A DNA stretch of 64,000 bases from Octopus sinensis (lineage: Eukaryota). Shown here in pieces: positions 1-12,470 of the stretch. Each line of letters opens with the position of its first letter. The first letter of the stretch is position 1. Made by a program: the position numbers and the translations under genes. Below the pieces are notes generated by a model. That model made no database searches. It saw only the letters and a list, made by a program, of their open reading frames with translations, and was not told where the DNA came from. The DNA lies in assembly GCF_006345805.1 (NCBI RefSeq), contig NC_042999.1:27714001-27778000 (forward strand), written 5' to 3'.

Positions 1-148
1 TGAATAAACATTGCAGGGCAGTAAATTGAGACTCGGACATTGCTTAGAAAATATTTTTCATCTTTAACCTCGTATATAGTACGCACTAGGGATTTTGACC
101 ATTAAATTTTGGGGAAAAAATGCGGATTATACTCGAGGATTTATGGTA
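1..148. mobile_element. Right end of a Tc1/mariner-superfamily (Tc2/pogo-like) DNA transposon or MITE
   Basis: Ends ...TGCGGATTATACTCGAGGATTTATGG followed by TA (147-148), resembling Tc2-type TIRs as I recall them. The left end is not seen. Confidence 0.4.
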
Positions 149-480
149 TGTAAAAACATTGTTAAATACATTTTTAGTCAGCAGTAATTTGCATTATTAA
201 GATTGAAATAATTGAAGAATTTATTCTGGACAATTTTCGTCTTTGTATATGCTGGCCCTCGAGCTACAACTTCAGAACTTGAACAGCTCTCCAGTTACTA
301 TTGTAGTAACAGGAACATCCAACTGGGGTTCGAGAGGCTCATGTCTGTGTATGTCCTGATTCTTGAACAGGGCAAATGAAGTTGGCGCCATTGTAAAGAA
401 GACGAGACGATAGCAGAAGCTAAAATCAATCCAAACTGGTAGGTGGACTTGTAGGTTGGTAATTTTAGAGAATCTATACC

Positions 481-886
481 TATTTCTTTACTACCCACAA
501 GGGGCGAAACACAGAGGGGACAAACAAGGACAGACAAACGGATTAAGTCGATTATATCGACCCCAGTGCGTAAATGGTATTTTATTTATGGACCCCGAAA
601 CGATGAAAGGCAAAGTCGACCTCGGCGGAATTTGAACTCAAAACGTAGCAGCAGACGAAATACCTATTTCTTTACTACCCACAAGGGGCAAAACACAGAA
701 GAGACAAACAAGGACAGACAAACGGACTAAGTCGATTATATCGACCCCAGTGCGTAAATGGTACTTAATTTATCGACCCCGAAAGGATGAAAGGCAAAGT
801 CGACCTCGGCGGAATTTGAACTCAGAACGTAACGGCAGACGAAATACGGCTACGCATTTCGCCCGGCGTGCTAACGTTTCTGCCAA
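481..886 (-). mobile_element. SINE family A (tRNA head plus Deu/Nin-like domain; OR1-like), head-to-tail dimer
   Basis: A-box TGGCAGAAACGTTAG, B-box GAGTTCAAATTCC, body GCCTTTCATCCTTTCGGGGTCGATAAATTAAGTACC. The second 184-bp unit joins at 664/665. Confidence 0.9.
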
Positions 887-1297
887 CGTCACTGGTACTG
901 GATCGATAGTCTGGTAAAGCTACTCGAGATCTGGTTCGGTTTATACCTTGAGTTAGACCGAATATAGGACGAGGTAAAGAAAAAGCGGTTAGTATTACGC
1001 AGATGAACCAAGAAGAAGCTGGTCAAAACCTGGCAAAGGTGGTGAATGCCTTCATCATCTCCGTTATCGTTAACCGCCCGCTGTCACGCCTTTCTGCAGT
1101 TTCCGTTCGATCGGACTGGAAGGTTTGTTTTTCATATTCTTATGGAAGAATCATGTTCTGCTGGTCGAGCAGTTTGTCTGCTGGCAGAACTTTCTATATG
1201 GCGAGTTAGGGATGGCTTGGCTGTTGATTCTCAGACGCATGCGTCAGTTGCTGTCTTTGGTAAATCAAAGACGGAAACTGTTGCATTGTATCTTTAA

Positions 1298-1690
1298 CTA
1301 GCAGTATCGCCCGGCGTTGCTCGGGTTTGTAAGGGAAATAACTATATAAGCATTTTTAGAGATGTAAAGTATAATAGCCATCTCAATATGGCTAACCACA
1401 AAGGGTGGGGTGTTACTGTAGCTTTTTACGTTCTGAGATTTAATGATAAATTTTTAGAGAGTTACTTCCCTTATATATGCCAAATATGCATTAAAAATGG
1501 GAAAAATTGATGGTAATTTTTTTAAAATCATAGACTCATCGTAGACGCGCGCTAATACTCAGAAGGGCTTGATATGAATCACGACTATAAGATGCCCGGT
1601 TTTGGTTAAACTGCACCGCAAAATGTGGGAGTAGTTAGGAATCTAAATCGTAGGAGACACAGCACACAACCTCTCTTTTATATATAAAGA
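1298..1690 (-). mobile_element. Non-autonomous Helitron
   Basis: Minus strand starts TC, ends CTAG, has the GC hairpin CCCGAGCAACGCCGGG 8 nt before CTAG, sits between A and T, and has no TSD. Confidence 0.85.
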
Positions 1691-2607
1691 TGTCGCAGGA
1701 CGTTCTCTGCTGTCTACTAGTCGGCAACGGGTTCGGTGAATGTTCCACACTAGCAATTTATAGAAAGTAACGACATTCTCGGGGACGCTCTGGGCGTCAA
1801 CATGAACGAGATAGTTTATCTGTTCAGGAGGACTTTGAAATTGGGGACTACTATAGAAATAACTTCTATAAGTCATTGGCTTGGCAGCGCTGCCGAGAAG
1901 CGTTACCAGTTTGAGATTAACTCTACAGGCCTGGAAGTGCTGTCAGACGGGCCAACTTAAGATGTGTTAAGAGTATCAAAACTTTTCTAGACGCATTTGT
2001 TTCGCGTCCAAACATTACTAACTTGTGAAGCAATGTCGAACAGCTACTGTCAGATATTGTACAGATCCGGATATCAATTGAGTTCATCGTGATGATTTCT
2101 CCGTCACCTTCCTCAACTGAACAAGGAAGGCAGTTTTTCCTTTGTCCGTAAGAATAGCAGAAGAAGTTGTGAAGCGAACCAAGATGAAAAGCATGAGGAC
2201 AGAGACATTGATTTTCGACGAAGCCCTAATCTAATTTTTCAAGGTTCACTTGAAAAGAAAAGTGAGGGAAGAGAGGGAGGGCCATCCTCAAATAAATTTG
2301 TTGAAAATGACATGGGTAGTTGGCACCACAACACGTTCTCCAATTAAAGAGTCGGAGGAGAGCGATTAGAAAGGACACGTTCCGTTGATAATCAAACGAT
2401 TTGGGCTACTTTTCAATTGGCCTGAGATAGACGTCCTCTTAATACAGGAGAAATGTTTCATCTCATCATTCTTCATTGTTTGTGTTTCATAAATACATAT
2501 GTTGCCTGCCCATCGCCTTGTTGTTGCTAATTCGATTTTTTTTGCATAAGTCCCATATATTAAGTATATCTTTTTACTTGTTTTCTTCGTCCTTTGCCCG
2601 TGTAGCA

Positions 2608-2770
2608 GGCGAGCTTGCATAATTTCCGTTTTGAATTCAAATTCCACCAAGGTCGACTTTATCTTTCATTACTTTGCGGACGATAAAATAAGTACCAGTT
2701 GAATTCTGGGAGATGATGTAATCGTCTTACCTCCCCACCTGAACTTGATGGTCTTGTGCCAAAATTCGAA
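2608..2770 (+). mobile_element. SINE family A, old degenerate copy
   Basis: GAATTCAAATTCCACCAAGGTCGACTTT...GATAAAATAAGTACCAG. Confidence 0.7.
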
Positions 2771-3469
<699 letters not shown>

Positions 3470-3513
3470 GTAGTAGTAGTAGTAGTAGTAGTATCTTTAT
3501 TATTATGATTATT

Positions 3514-3967
3514 AAGTGAGAGAGCAGCGCATGCTATTATAATGGCCTTCATGACTATCCGTTTAATAAGGGTACACCAGGCACATGCATCACAACCATA
3601 TGTGCGCGACATGGTGATCCCACATCACGATACACAGCGCATGGCTCTGCAGGTGGGGCCTTGTTAGAATTTTCTTCAAGTCGAGTAGCTCAACCCGCTC
3701 AAAAGGTCCCTGAATAAAGCTTATTTAAGGGTGTTGAACGAACCACCAATGTTTCTAGAAATGAATTATTCAACCCCACGAAGAATTCCTCTCAATACAT
3801 GACTATGATGCTCCCCCACTACTTCTGCTCGTGATCAGAGAGGCACATATCGTCAGTCACCAAGGAACATGCTCTACTGGTTAAGGTCAAACAACTGACA
3901 AGCAAATCTGTCGTATTGAGCAGAATATTTGTTATAGCCCATCTATTATACCTTGACAAAGCATGTA

Positions 3968-3968
<1 letters not shown>
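3514..3968 (-). mobile_element. (TAA)n-embedded non-autonomous element, copy 1 (truncated, internally deleted)
   Basis: Clearly alignable to the copies at 4011-4530 and 4599-5118; flanked by (ATT)n. Confidence 0.8.
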
Positions 3969-4010
<42 letters not shown>

Positions 4011-4530
4011 GAGTGAGAGAGCATTGCATGCCATCAAAGTGACACTGGGGTAAAATATACGAAGCCCAGTATGCCCATCATGACTACCCGTCTGATAAGG
4101 GTACACTAGGCACATGCATCACACCCATGTGTGCGCGACATGGTGATCTCATATCAAGATAAACAACACATGACCTTGCAGGTTGGGCCCAGTTAGAATT
4201 TTCTTCGGCCGAGTAACCCATCCCGCCCAAAAGGTCCCTGAATAAGGGTTGTTTAAGGATATTGAACGAAACGCCCATGTTTCCAGAGGTGAATTATTCA
4301 AACCCCAAAGAATCCTTCTCAACACATGACTATGATGCTCCCTGCCTACTTCTGCTCGTGATCAGAGATGCACATATCGTCAGCCACTAAGAGACATGCT
4401 CAACTGGTTAATGTCAAACAACTGACAAGCAAATCTGTGGTATTGAGCAGAATATTTGCTGTAGCCCATCTTTTATACCAAGACAAAACAATGTACATCA
4501 TAACACTTCCAATCACTTAAGATCAGAAGC
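4011..4530 (-). mobile_element. (TAA)n-embedded non-autonomous element, copy 2 (520 bp)
   Basis: Same ends as copy 3 (GAGTGAGAGAGC ... GATCAGAAGC on the + strand); (ATT)n on both sides. Strand is inferred from the neighbouring LINE. Confidence 0.85.
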
Positions 4531-4535
4531 AACAC

Positions 4536-4573
<38 letters not shown>

Positions 4574-4598
4574 TATTATTATTATTATTATTATTATT

Positions 4599-5118
4599 GA
4601 GTGAGAGAGCAGTTCATGCCATCAAAGTGACACTGGGGTAAAATATACGAAGCCCAATATACCCATCATGACTACCCGTCTGATAAAGGTACACCAGGCA
4701 CATGCATCACAACCATATGTGCGCGACATGGTGATCTCATATCAAGATAAACAGCACATGACCTTGCAGGTGGGGCCCAGTTAGAATTTTCTTCAGGTTG
4801 AGTAGCTCATCCCGCTCAAACGGTCCCTGAATAAGGTTGTTTAAGGATGTTGAAAGAACCACCCATGTTTCCAGAGGTGAACTATTCAAACCCCAAAGAA
4901 TCCCTCTCAACACATGACTATGATGCTCCCTGCCTACTTCTGCTCGTGATCAGAGATGCACATATCGTCAGCCACTAAGGGACATGCTAAACTGGTTAAG
5001 GTCAAGCAGCTGACAAGCAAATCTGTGGTATTGAGCAGAATATTTGCTGTAGCCCATCTTTTATACCAAGACAAAGCAATGTGCATGATAACACTTCGAA
5101 TCAGTTAAGATCAGAAGC
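4599..5118 (-). mobile_element. (TAA)n-embedded non-autonomous element, copy 3 (520 bp)
   Basis: As for copy 2. Confidence 0.85.
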
Positions 5119-5123
5119 CAAAC

Positions 5124-5193
<70 letters not shown>

Positions 5194-5379
5194 GCTCTCC
5201 ATGTCTTGGGCAAGTGAGAGAAATGATGATTATTATTATCGTTGTTGTTGTGTTTTTGAGAAGAAGGACAATGTGAGTGCAGAATGAAATGCCCTGCCTA
5301 ATAATCCTATCCAAACACCTGCAGCTGATCCATAATCTGATACATCTTACACATTCGATCATCGACCGTCAACTTGTGT

Positions 5380-5950
5380 CATCGTGGTAGGAAACTGTTT
5401 TACAGTCACGACTGACACCTTGTGAAGATGGTTTCACGCCTACAACAAAATTGCTGATATCATCACGGGAATTACCACATCATGCTGTGTGACCAAATGG
5501 TAGCAGAATATTTTACAATGGTACACATTCACATATCTGAACACATGCGCACGCACACACAGAATCGCCCACACATATTAGAGATCCTTCATCGGTTTAA
5601 TGATGAGCATTCATTTGATTTATTAACTGAATTCCTGTTATTGAAATTAAGAAGAAACACACTGTAAAAATTAGTAAAAATGCTAAGTGAAATCTTTCTG
5701 CACATGTCATACACGTTATTTCATTTGAATATTTCTTTGCTTGTATTGTATGAATACCTTCTCCATTCATATAACCATAAATTTTGTTCCAAAACATAAC
5801 GAAGCCTCCATTGTTACAGACTTATTCTTCTCCATGAAAATGCCCGACAACATGACACGCAAATGAACGGGGGTCATCAAGAATTGCTCTGGAATTTTTG
5901 CTGTTCGACAAACAAATGTACCCAACTGCTGTCTTCTCCTCACTGGCAAC
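5380..5950 (+). pseudogene. Possible highly degenerate mariner transposase remnant
   Basis: WFHAY near 5433 and ILLHENARQH near 5825 resemble the mariner DETW..Y and LHDNARPH motifs. Weak. Confidence 0.3.
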
Positions 5951-5961
5951 TTCAACACTAT

Positions 5962-6150
5962 GGCGGCGAGAAGGCAGAAACGTTAGCACGTCGGGCGAAA
6001 CGCTTAGCGGCATTTCGTATGTCTTTATTTTCTGAGTTCAAATTGCGCCGAGGTCGACTTTGCCTTTTATCTTTTCGGGGTCAATAAATTAAGTATCAGT
6101 TGCGTACTGGGGTCGATCTAATCGACTCGCCCCCTCCCTCCAAAATTTCG
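5962..6150 (+). mobile_element. SINE family A
   Basis: GGCGGCGAG head, A and B boxes, Deu/Nin-like body. Confidence 0.85.
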
Positions 6151-6209
6151 GCTGTTTTGTTGTCGGCTGCTTTTCTACTTCGTATTCCGAGCAATATATA
6201 TATATGTAT

Positions 6210-6261
<52 letters not shown>

Positions 6262-6554
6262 ATATGTTGGTGTGTGTGTGTGCTTTATTAATAAAATGTA
6301 TATATATATATATATATATATATGCGTGTGTATGTATGTATATATATATATATATATATACATACATACGCACACCACACACACATATATAAATGTGTAT
6401 GTATGCATGTATGTATGTATGTATGTACGTACATATGTAAAGTCACTGTTAATCTGAACTTTACAATAAATTCATTCTATCTCTATTAAGTCACCACAAC
6501 GGTAAATGTTCCATTTTTATTCTTAAAGTTGCTTCTTTAATTACCTTAATTTAA

Positions 6555-6595
<41 letters not shown>

Positions 6596-6689
6596 TTATA
6601 CATAATTGCTGCTTAATTCAGGACTGAAATAAATTTAAATATTCTAGACTCAGTTTATATTGGATAAGTGAATTTTATGCATTTTACCG

Positions 6690-7190
6690 GATAATGTACA
6701 TGTTGTACGAGTGTGAGTAAATTTCTTCTGTGGAGCAAATTTATTCACACTCACGTTGAAGAGTTGGGGCTACTGGACTAAATTAATTAGAAATTCTGCA
6801 GAAAATCAATATTGTTGGCAATATTTCAATCATGGATACCACAAACTTTTTACCAACGTCCCAGTAAGGGAAACTATAAATATAATCTTGAATGACGTAT
6901 ACACACATAAAATGAACCCAACTGCTTTACTAGCAACATGATGTTGATCTTTTCCATTGAGGCACCTGAGGTCCTCTTTTTCAGTTCACAAAATAACGTA
7001 TACACAGCGAGACAGGTAGTTATGGATTCTGCACTCGATTCTACAATCACGATATTCTTCATGGTTTACTTGAAAACAAAGTCGTTAGCCTGCATAACCA
7101 TCTGCACAGATATTAATAGACAGGCTAATAGATTTTACAAAGATCTCAGAAATAATTGCATCCATTCACTTCTAATCCAACATAGCTCTA
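6690..7190 (+). pseudogene. Penelope-like element reverse transcriptase fragment
   Basis: LFTNVPVRETINIILNDVY, then VVMDSALDSTITIFFMVYLK, resembling PLE motifs SLFTNVP and GVAMGSPL..LA..FM..LE. Confidence 0.65.
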
Positions 7191-7194
7191 ATAT

Positions 7195-7563
7195 GGAAGC
7201 ACTCCGTCGGTTACGACGACGAGGGTTCCGGTTGATCCGATCAACGGAACAGCCTGCTCGTGAAAGTAACGTGTAAGTGGCTGAGCACTCCACAGACACG
7301 TGTACCCTTAACGTAGTTCTCGGGGATATTCAGCGTGACACAGAGAGTGACAAGGCCGGCCCTTTGAAATACAGGTACAACAGAAACAGGAAGTAAGAGT
7401 GAGAGAAAGTTGTGGTGAAAGAGTACAGCAGGGATCACCACCATCCCCTGCCGGAGCCTCGTGGAGCTTTAGGTGTTTTCGCTCAATAAACACTCACAAA
7501 GCCCGGTCTGGGAATCGAAACCGCGAGTCCGCTGCCCTAACCACTGGGCCATTGCGCCTCCAC
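7195..7563 (-). mobile_element. SINE family C (tRNA-derived) with TSD
   Basis: Head GTGGAGGCGCAATGGCCCAGTGGTTAGGGC...TTTCGATTCCC; TSD AGCTCTAATAT at 7184-7194 and 7564-7574. Confidence 0.9.
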
Positions 7564-7637
7564 AGCTCTAATATAAATCTGTGCCGTCTTGGATGTCTTG
7601 GGCGTTTCATCAAATGCTGCTAAAGCAGGGGTTAGTG

Positions 7638-8298
7638 CAATGTTTCTCAACCATTTCTTTTTACCTATGGACTCCTTTGATTCCTATTTTACTTCGGATG
7701 GATGCTCCAAGCATTCTATGTTTAAAAAAAAATCTTAATATATTTTCATAATTAAATTTTATCAGGAACTGTATAAAAGAAATGAAAATATTTCGTGTAT
7801 TTTATATTGTTTGCGTAGGAGTGGCTGTGTGGTAAGTAGCTTGTTTATGAACCACATGGTTTCGGGTTCAGTTCCACTGCGTGGCACCTTGGACAAGTGT
7901 CTTCTACTATAGCTTCGGGCCGAGTGGATTTGGTAGAAGGAAACTAAAAGAAGCCCGTCGTATATGTGTATATATATGTATGTGTGTGTATATGTTTGTA
8001 TGTCTGTGTTTGTTACCCCAACATCTCTTGACAACCGATGCTGGTGTGTTTACGTCCACGTAACTTAGCGGTTCGGTAAAAGAGACCGATAGAATAAGTA
8101 CTAGGCTTACAAAGAATAAGTCCTGGGGTCGATTTGCTCGACTAAAGGCGGTGCTCCAGCATGGCCACAGTCAAATGACTGAAACAAGTAAAAGAGTATT
8201 GTAGAAGTGTAACCAATTTACTGCGCATAAATTTTAACAGCAAAATCTTATATCGGCTCCTCTTCAAGGGCCATATGGACTCCAGTTGAGAACCACTG
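7638..8298. mobile_element. hAT/Charlie-like MITE containing a nested SINE B
   Basis: Ends CAATGTTTCTCAACC and AGTTGAGAACCACTG (CAGTGGTTCTCAAC-type TIR). The 8-bp flanks share only the TTAG core. Confidence 0.6.
7813..8197 (+). mobile_element. SINE family B (tRNA head, CORE-like domain, internal microsatellite, second domain; OR2-like)
   Basis: GGAGTGGCTGTGTGGTAAG A-box, GGTTCAGTTCC B-box, GGCACCTTGGACAAGTG CORE-like motif, TAAAAGAG tail. Confidence 0.9.
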
Positions 8299-8606
8299 AA
8301 TTAGCATTTCTTGTGCTGCGTTAAGAAGTAAGTAACAACGCTGACGAACAATTAACAGAATTTTAATTATTGCACGTAGGATATTACATGTGCTGGTCTT
8401 TTACAAATAATAACAGCAATAATTATATACTAGGAGACATGGAAAAACCGTGCTGCGTTCAAAGAAGTTACTTATGAGATATCGTGTGAATGTTTTGTTC
8501 GATCTGTGTAAGAATCTGGAGATGCCTGCGCAAATGTCCCTGGAAAGAGTGGAGGCGCATTTCGCTCAGCCGCCTTCAATACAAAGAATTGTGACGCTAA
8601 AAGCGG

Positions 8607-8640
8607 CTATATATAAGGTGCGAAGAGAATATTCTAGAAA
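8607..8640 (-). promoter_or_regulatory. Candidate heat-shock element next to a TATA box
   Basis: aGAAt-aTTCt-aGAAa at 8626-8640, 8 bp from CTATATATAAG (8607-8617), in CpG-retaining sequence with no recognised repeat. Confidence 0.35.
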
Positions 8641-9339
8641 ATTGAATCCCGGGGTGACTTGACGCTGACTGGTTGCTTAATAGACCGATCGCATGAAACC
8701 ACTGTGGTTTAATCGTGATGTCTGACTGCGTGTTCGATGATTCGGTTTCGAATCACAATACCAAAACACTACTCTATTCTTAAATATAAATGTAGCAATT
8801 AAGCAACATTTATAGCAACTCAGTATACACAAATAATCGACTATATGTAGTGAGTGGGGTAATGAAAGTCTTAGTTGATGTAAAATATGTGTAGTAAAAT
8901 CACAAAACAGTCAACCACGAAAAAACAAATCCTAAAGGGGAAAACCTGCAACAATAACAAGTTAAACAGTACTCAACAGTAACAATAGCCTTCTGTCACT
9001 TTGCGTTCGGGAAACGAATGGGGTCCAAATTACGAATTCCAGGAACGCGGTTCAAGTTGATTTTCATGCCCAGAACCTCCACGAGATGCACGTGTATTTC
9101 GGTTTTCATGACAATTGTTTGCGACTGTCGCCCACGGCATTCAACGCAGCTAAATTTTGACGTTTCGCTTCAGGGAAAGTTGAAAGGTTACCTGCAATTT
9201 CGGTCTCAGCCATAAACTAGCATGTCTTGGAATATTTACACTTACGTCCCCGAAATAAATTTTCAGAATTTACCATATAAAAATGATATTTGAAAAAATT
9301 CGCATTTCTTTTGCGATTCAGTGTATACAGACACGACAA

Positions 9340-10087
9340 AGTAAGCAGTTATATCCACTGGACAATATGCTAATATCGCAATATCAAAAACTGACAGCAA
9401 GTAGTATAAGCATTGCCAAGCAAGGCACAAGACAACGATCAGGCCACAACCATTTGGGATATACCTATTCGAACCCACAAAGAAATAAAAGATAATCGCA
9501 CAGATATAATACTCAAGGATTGGGAAAAAACACCTGCTTACTGATAGACATTGCAGTCCCTTCTGATCAAAATATTTTGTAAAAAGAAGTGGAGAAATTG
9601 TCGAAGTACAAAGACTTCGAAATTGAAATATGCAAAATGTGAGCATGAAAGTATAAACAATATCAATGATAATTGAAGTATTGGGCACGATAAAAAAATC
9701 CTATGAACAAAAATGTAGAAGCTATACCTGGATCTTCAACACTACGCAGTGTCCCAAAATAGGCCTGCTATGAAAAGCCCACAACCTACGCACAACACTA
9801 TCAATCCAATAATACAACTTAAACAAGACAATCCATAAATACAAGACACACTCTATACAGCATTTACCCAGTGAAATAAACTGCCACCAGCAAGCTAGAA
9901 AACCAAAGCATTACACAATGAACACTCAATACAAGCAGTAACACAACAAAAGACAGCACTACAGCCCAAGGAAAAAAACAGACAAACTAACACAATACAC
10001 TACCGGGAAGAGTTTGCACACTCCCAATAGCAGAAAAGAACACAGTAGAAATTTGCCTCGATCTACCAAATATTGGACAGTTATATA
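9340..10087 (+). mobile_element. Older R4/Dong-type RLE LINE 3' fragment followed by (TAA)n
   Basis: ATTIWDIPIRTHKEIKDNRTDIILKD, CLLIDIAVPSDQN and KEVEKLSKYKDFEIE; (TAA)n at about 10088-10256. Confidence 0.75.
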
Positions 10088-10090
10088 ATG

Positions 10091-10161
<71 letters not shown>

Positions 10162-10210
10162 TAATAATAATAATGAATAATAATAATAATAATGAATGAT
10201 AATAATAATA

Positions 10211-10255
<45 letters not shown>

Positions 10256-10994
10256 CCTTTCTACCCCGAAAGGATGAAAGACAAAAACAACTCAGCGGAA
10301 TAATAATAATAATAACGGAAGGTTCATGGCGTCTAAGGTCACTTACAGCACGATGTTAGGAATTTTTTTTCCAGTAGCCTAATCTGTTGTGTGTTTATGA
10401 AATAATAATGATGATGATGATGATAATGATAATGAGGCTGATATGAGGATGACGATGATAGTGGTGGTGGTGGTGGTGGTGGTGGTGGTGGTGGTGGTGG
10501 TGGTGATGATGATGATGATGATAATGATGATGGTTACGACGACGACGACGATGATGATGACCTTTATGAAAAAAAGTCGGTTTCAATTCTGTACCCTGTA
10601 AACTTTTGCTATACTGTACAAACGTTGCGGTAGCGCTGGATACGGTGGTTGTGATGGTGTTTATTCGTGAAGTAAGACTGAATTCCAATACCTAATCTTT
10701 TACACACACGCTGAATCTGTTTCAGATTACTTATTAATCTTAACTTAAACATGTATAAACTTAAATAAACTTTAATATAAATTATGGGATTTTAAATATG
10801 AATTAAATAAATGAACTTAACTTAAGGACCTTATATGTCGTACACCAAAAATATTAATTAGAATCCACTAATTAAACTAAATGTACGTAACTGAAGATAA
10901 TTGTTGAACTAAACTTTAATTAAGGACCTTATAGTATTACAACATTTTAAAATTTGATTTTATTTAATCCTACCTCAAGTGCAACATCTGCCTC

Positions 10995-10996
<2 letters not shown>

Positions 10997-11049
<53 letters not shown>

Positions 11050-11123
11050 CCATCATCACCATCATCATCATCATCATCACCATCACCATCATCATCATCA
11101 TCATCACCATCACCATCATCACC

Positions 11124-11211
<88 letters not shown>

Positions 11212-11243
11212 CCATCACCATCATCATCATCATCACCATCACC

Positions 11244-11289
<46 letters not shown>

Positions 11290-11437
11290 CCATCAGCATT
11301 ATCATCATCACCATCACTATCACCTACACCACAACCACCATTGCCGCCGCCGCCGCCACCACCACCACAACCACCACCACCACCACCACCACCACCACCA
11401 CCTCCACCACCATCACCACCACCATCACCACCACCAC
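10997..11437. repeat. Compound (CAT)n/(CAC)n/(CCA)n trinucleotide array
   Basis: Read directly; it produces the poly-His, poly-Ser and poly-Asp ORFs. Confidence 0.95.
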
Positions 11438-12204
11438 CTTTCCAATTGTTCAAATGAAGTATTAATTTTACTATCCTCAACTAAGCCTTCATTTAGAAAA
11501 CTTCATTTTACTTTTGAAACAAAATGATTAAAAAAAACACCATTCCTTCCTCAAACAACTCTGCTGACATCCATGTAATTACACTCAATACTACAAATCA
11601 CCCGCAAAAACAGCTCCCTCTCCCTCTCTCTCTTTTTCACTTTTTGTTTCATAATTATAGAAGCTTTATCTAATGAACGCCAAAAGCTGTGACACACAGA
11701 AGAGTTATAAGCCTAATTTTATTAAGTTTAAAGCCTGCTCGATGTGTCTCATTAGCCAGATTTAGATGAGACAAGCATTTTCTTGAAAAGCCGTTTTATA
11801 TACGTTACAAATCTGTAATGGAGTTAAATCGTGCCATTTTTCAAAACCTGCCAATTCTTTTTTTTTTTTTTTTTCGGCGGACAAATTAAGTTTGCGAATG
11901 CTATACTTTAACGTTTTTAATCTTCCCAAATTAAAACATGCGTCTCGGCGTTTTAGACCAAATAGTTCTGAAATGATCCGACTCCTGGAACGTTTCGTAC
12001 TAAACTATCTAAACAACACCATATTTAGCTTTGAAAATCTGTTTTGTAATTTTTACTGGATATTAACACCTTTTACCCTTTGACTGCATAATGATTATTC
12101 CTGTAATGATGTTGATAATCCTCCACAAAATAGAACTGATATTGTCTGCTTCTGCAATATTTCAGTATCTCATACAAGCTTGCTTAATGTGGAGGGTGTT
12201 TATT

Positions 12205-12470
12205 GGACACCCTGCGGGATGAAAGACAAAACTCGTCAAAGGGTGGAGCGGACGAACTCTTGAGAGTCAACGGCCATCCAATAAATGTCTTAAGGCTGTA
12301 TCATGCGCAGGGACATAGAAATAATCGGACTGAATACCCGATGGCGCGGTTAAACCATTGGGAGTGAAGGACTCCTAGCCTTTGTTATGGCATCCTTCGA
12401 GGAGAAAGTAACTCAGGTAACTGTGATAACTCCGACGTAAAACCTGCGGCTCAGTGGTTACCGATGATGT
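12205..12470 (+). mobile_element. Unclassified GC-richer repeat, possibly an RTE-type 5' UTR
   Basis: GGAGAAAGTAACTC...ACTCCGACGTAAAACCTGCG resembles RTE 5'-UTR motifs from memory; no coding support. Confidence 0.3.

Larger units (their letters stand above)
230..2340 (+). pseudogene. Degenerate Tx1/L1-clade LINE ORF2 (RT C-terminal part, zinc-knuckle region, C-terminus), interrupted by a SINE dimer and a Helitron
   Basis: Frameshifted segments read SSLYMLALEL, AEAKINP, VKLLEIWFG, GELGMAWL, LAWQRCREALPV and FFKVHLKRKVREER, in the order expected for Tx1-like ORF2. Many stops. Confidence 0.7.

Noticed and set aside
3514-5192. CRISPR-like look of repeated units separated by short tracts
   Set aside because: The units are about 520-bp repeats, the separators are (ATT)n, the context is eukaryotic, and no cas genes are present.
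10947-11527. Long poly-His, poly-Asp and poly-Ser ORFs
   Set aside because: They are translations of a (CAT)n/(CCA)n microsatellite that is open in several frames, with no splice or domain support.
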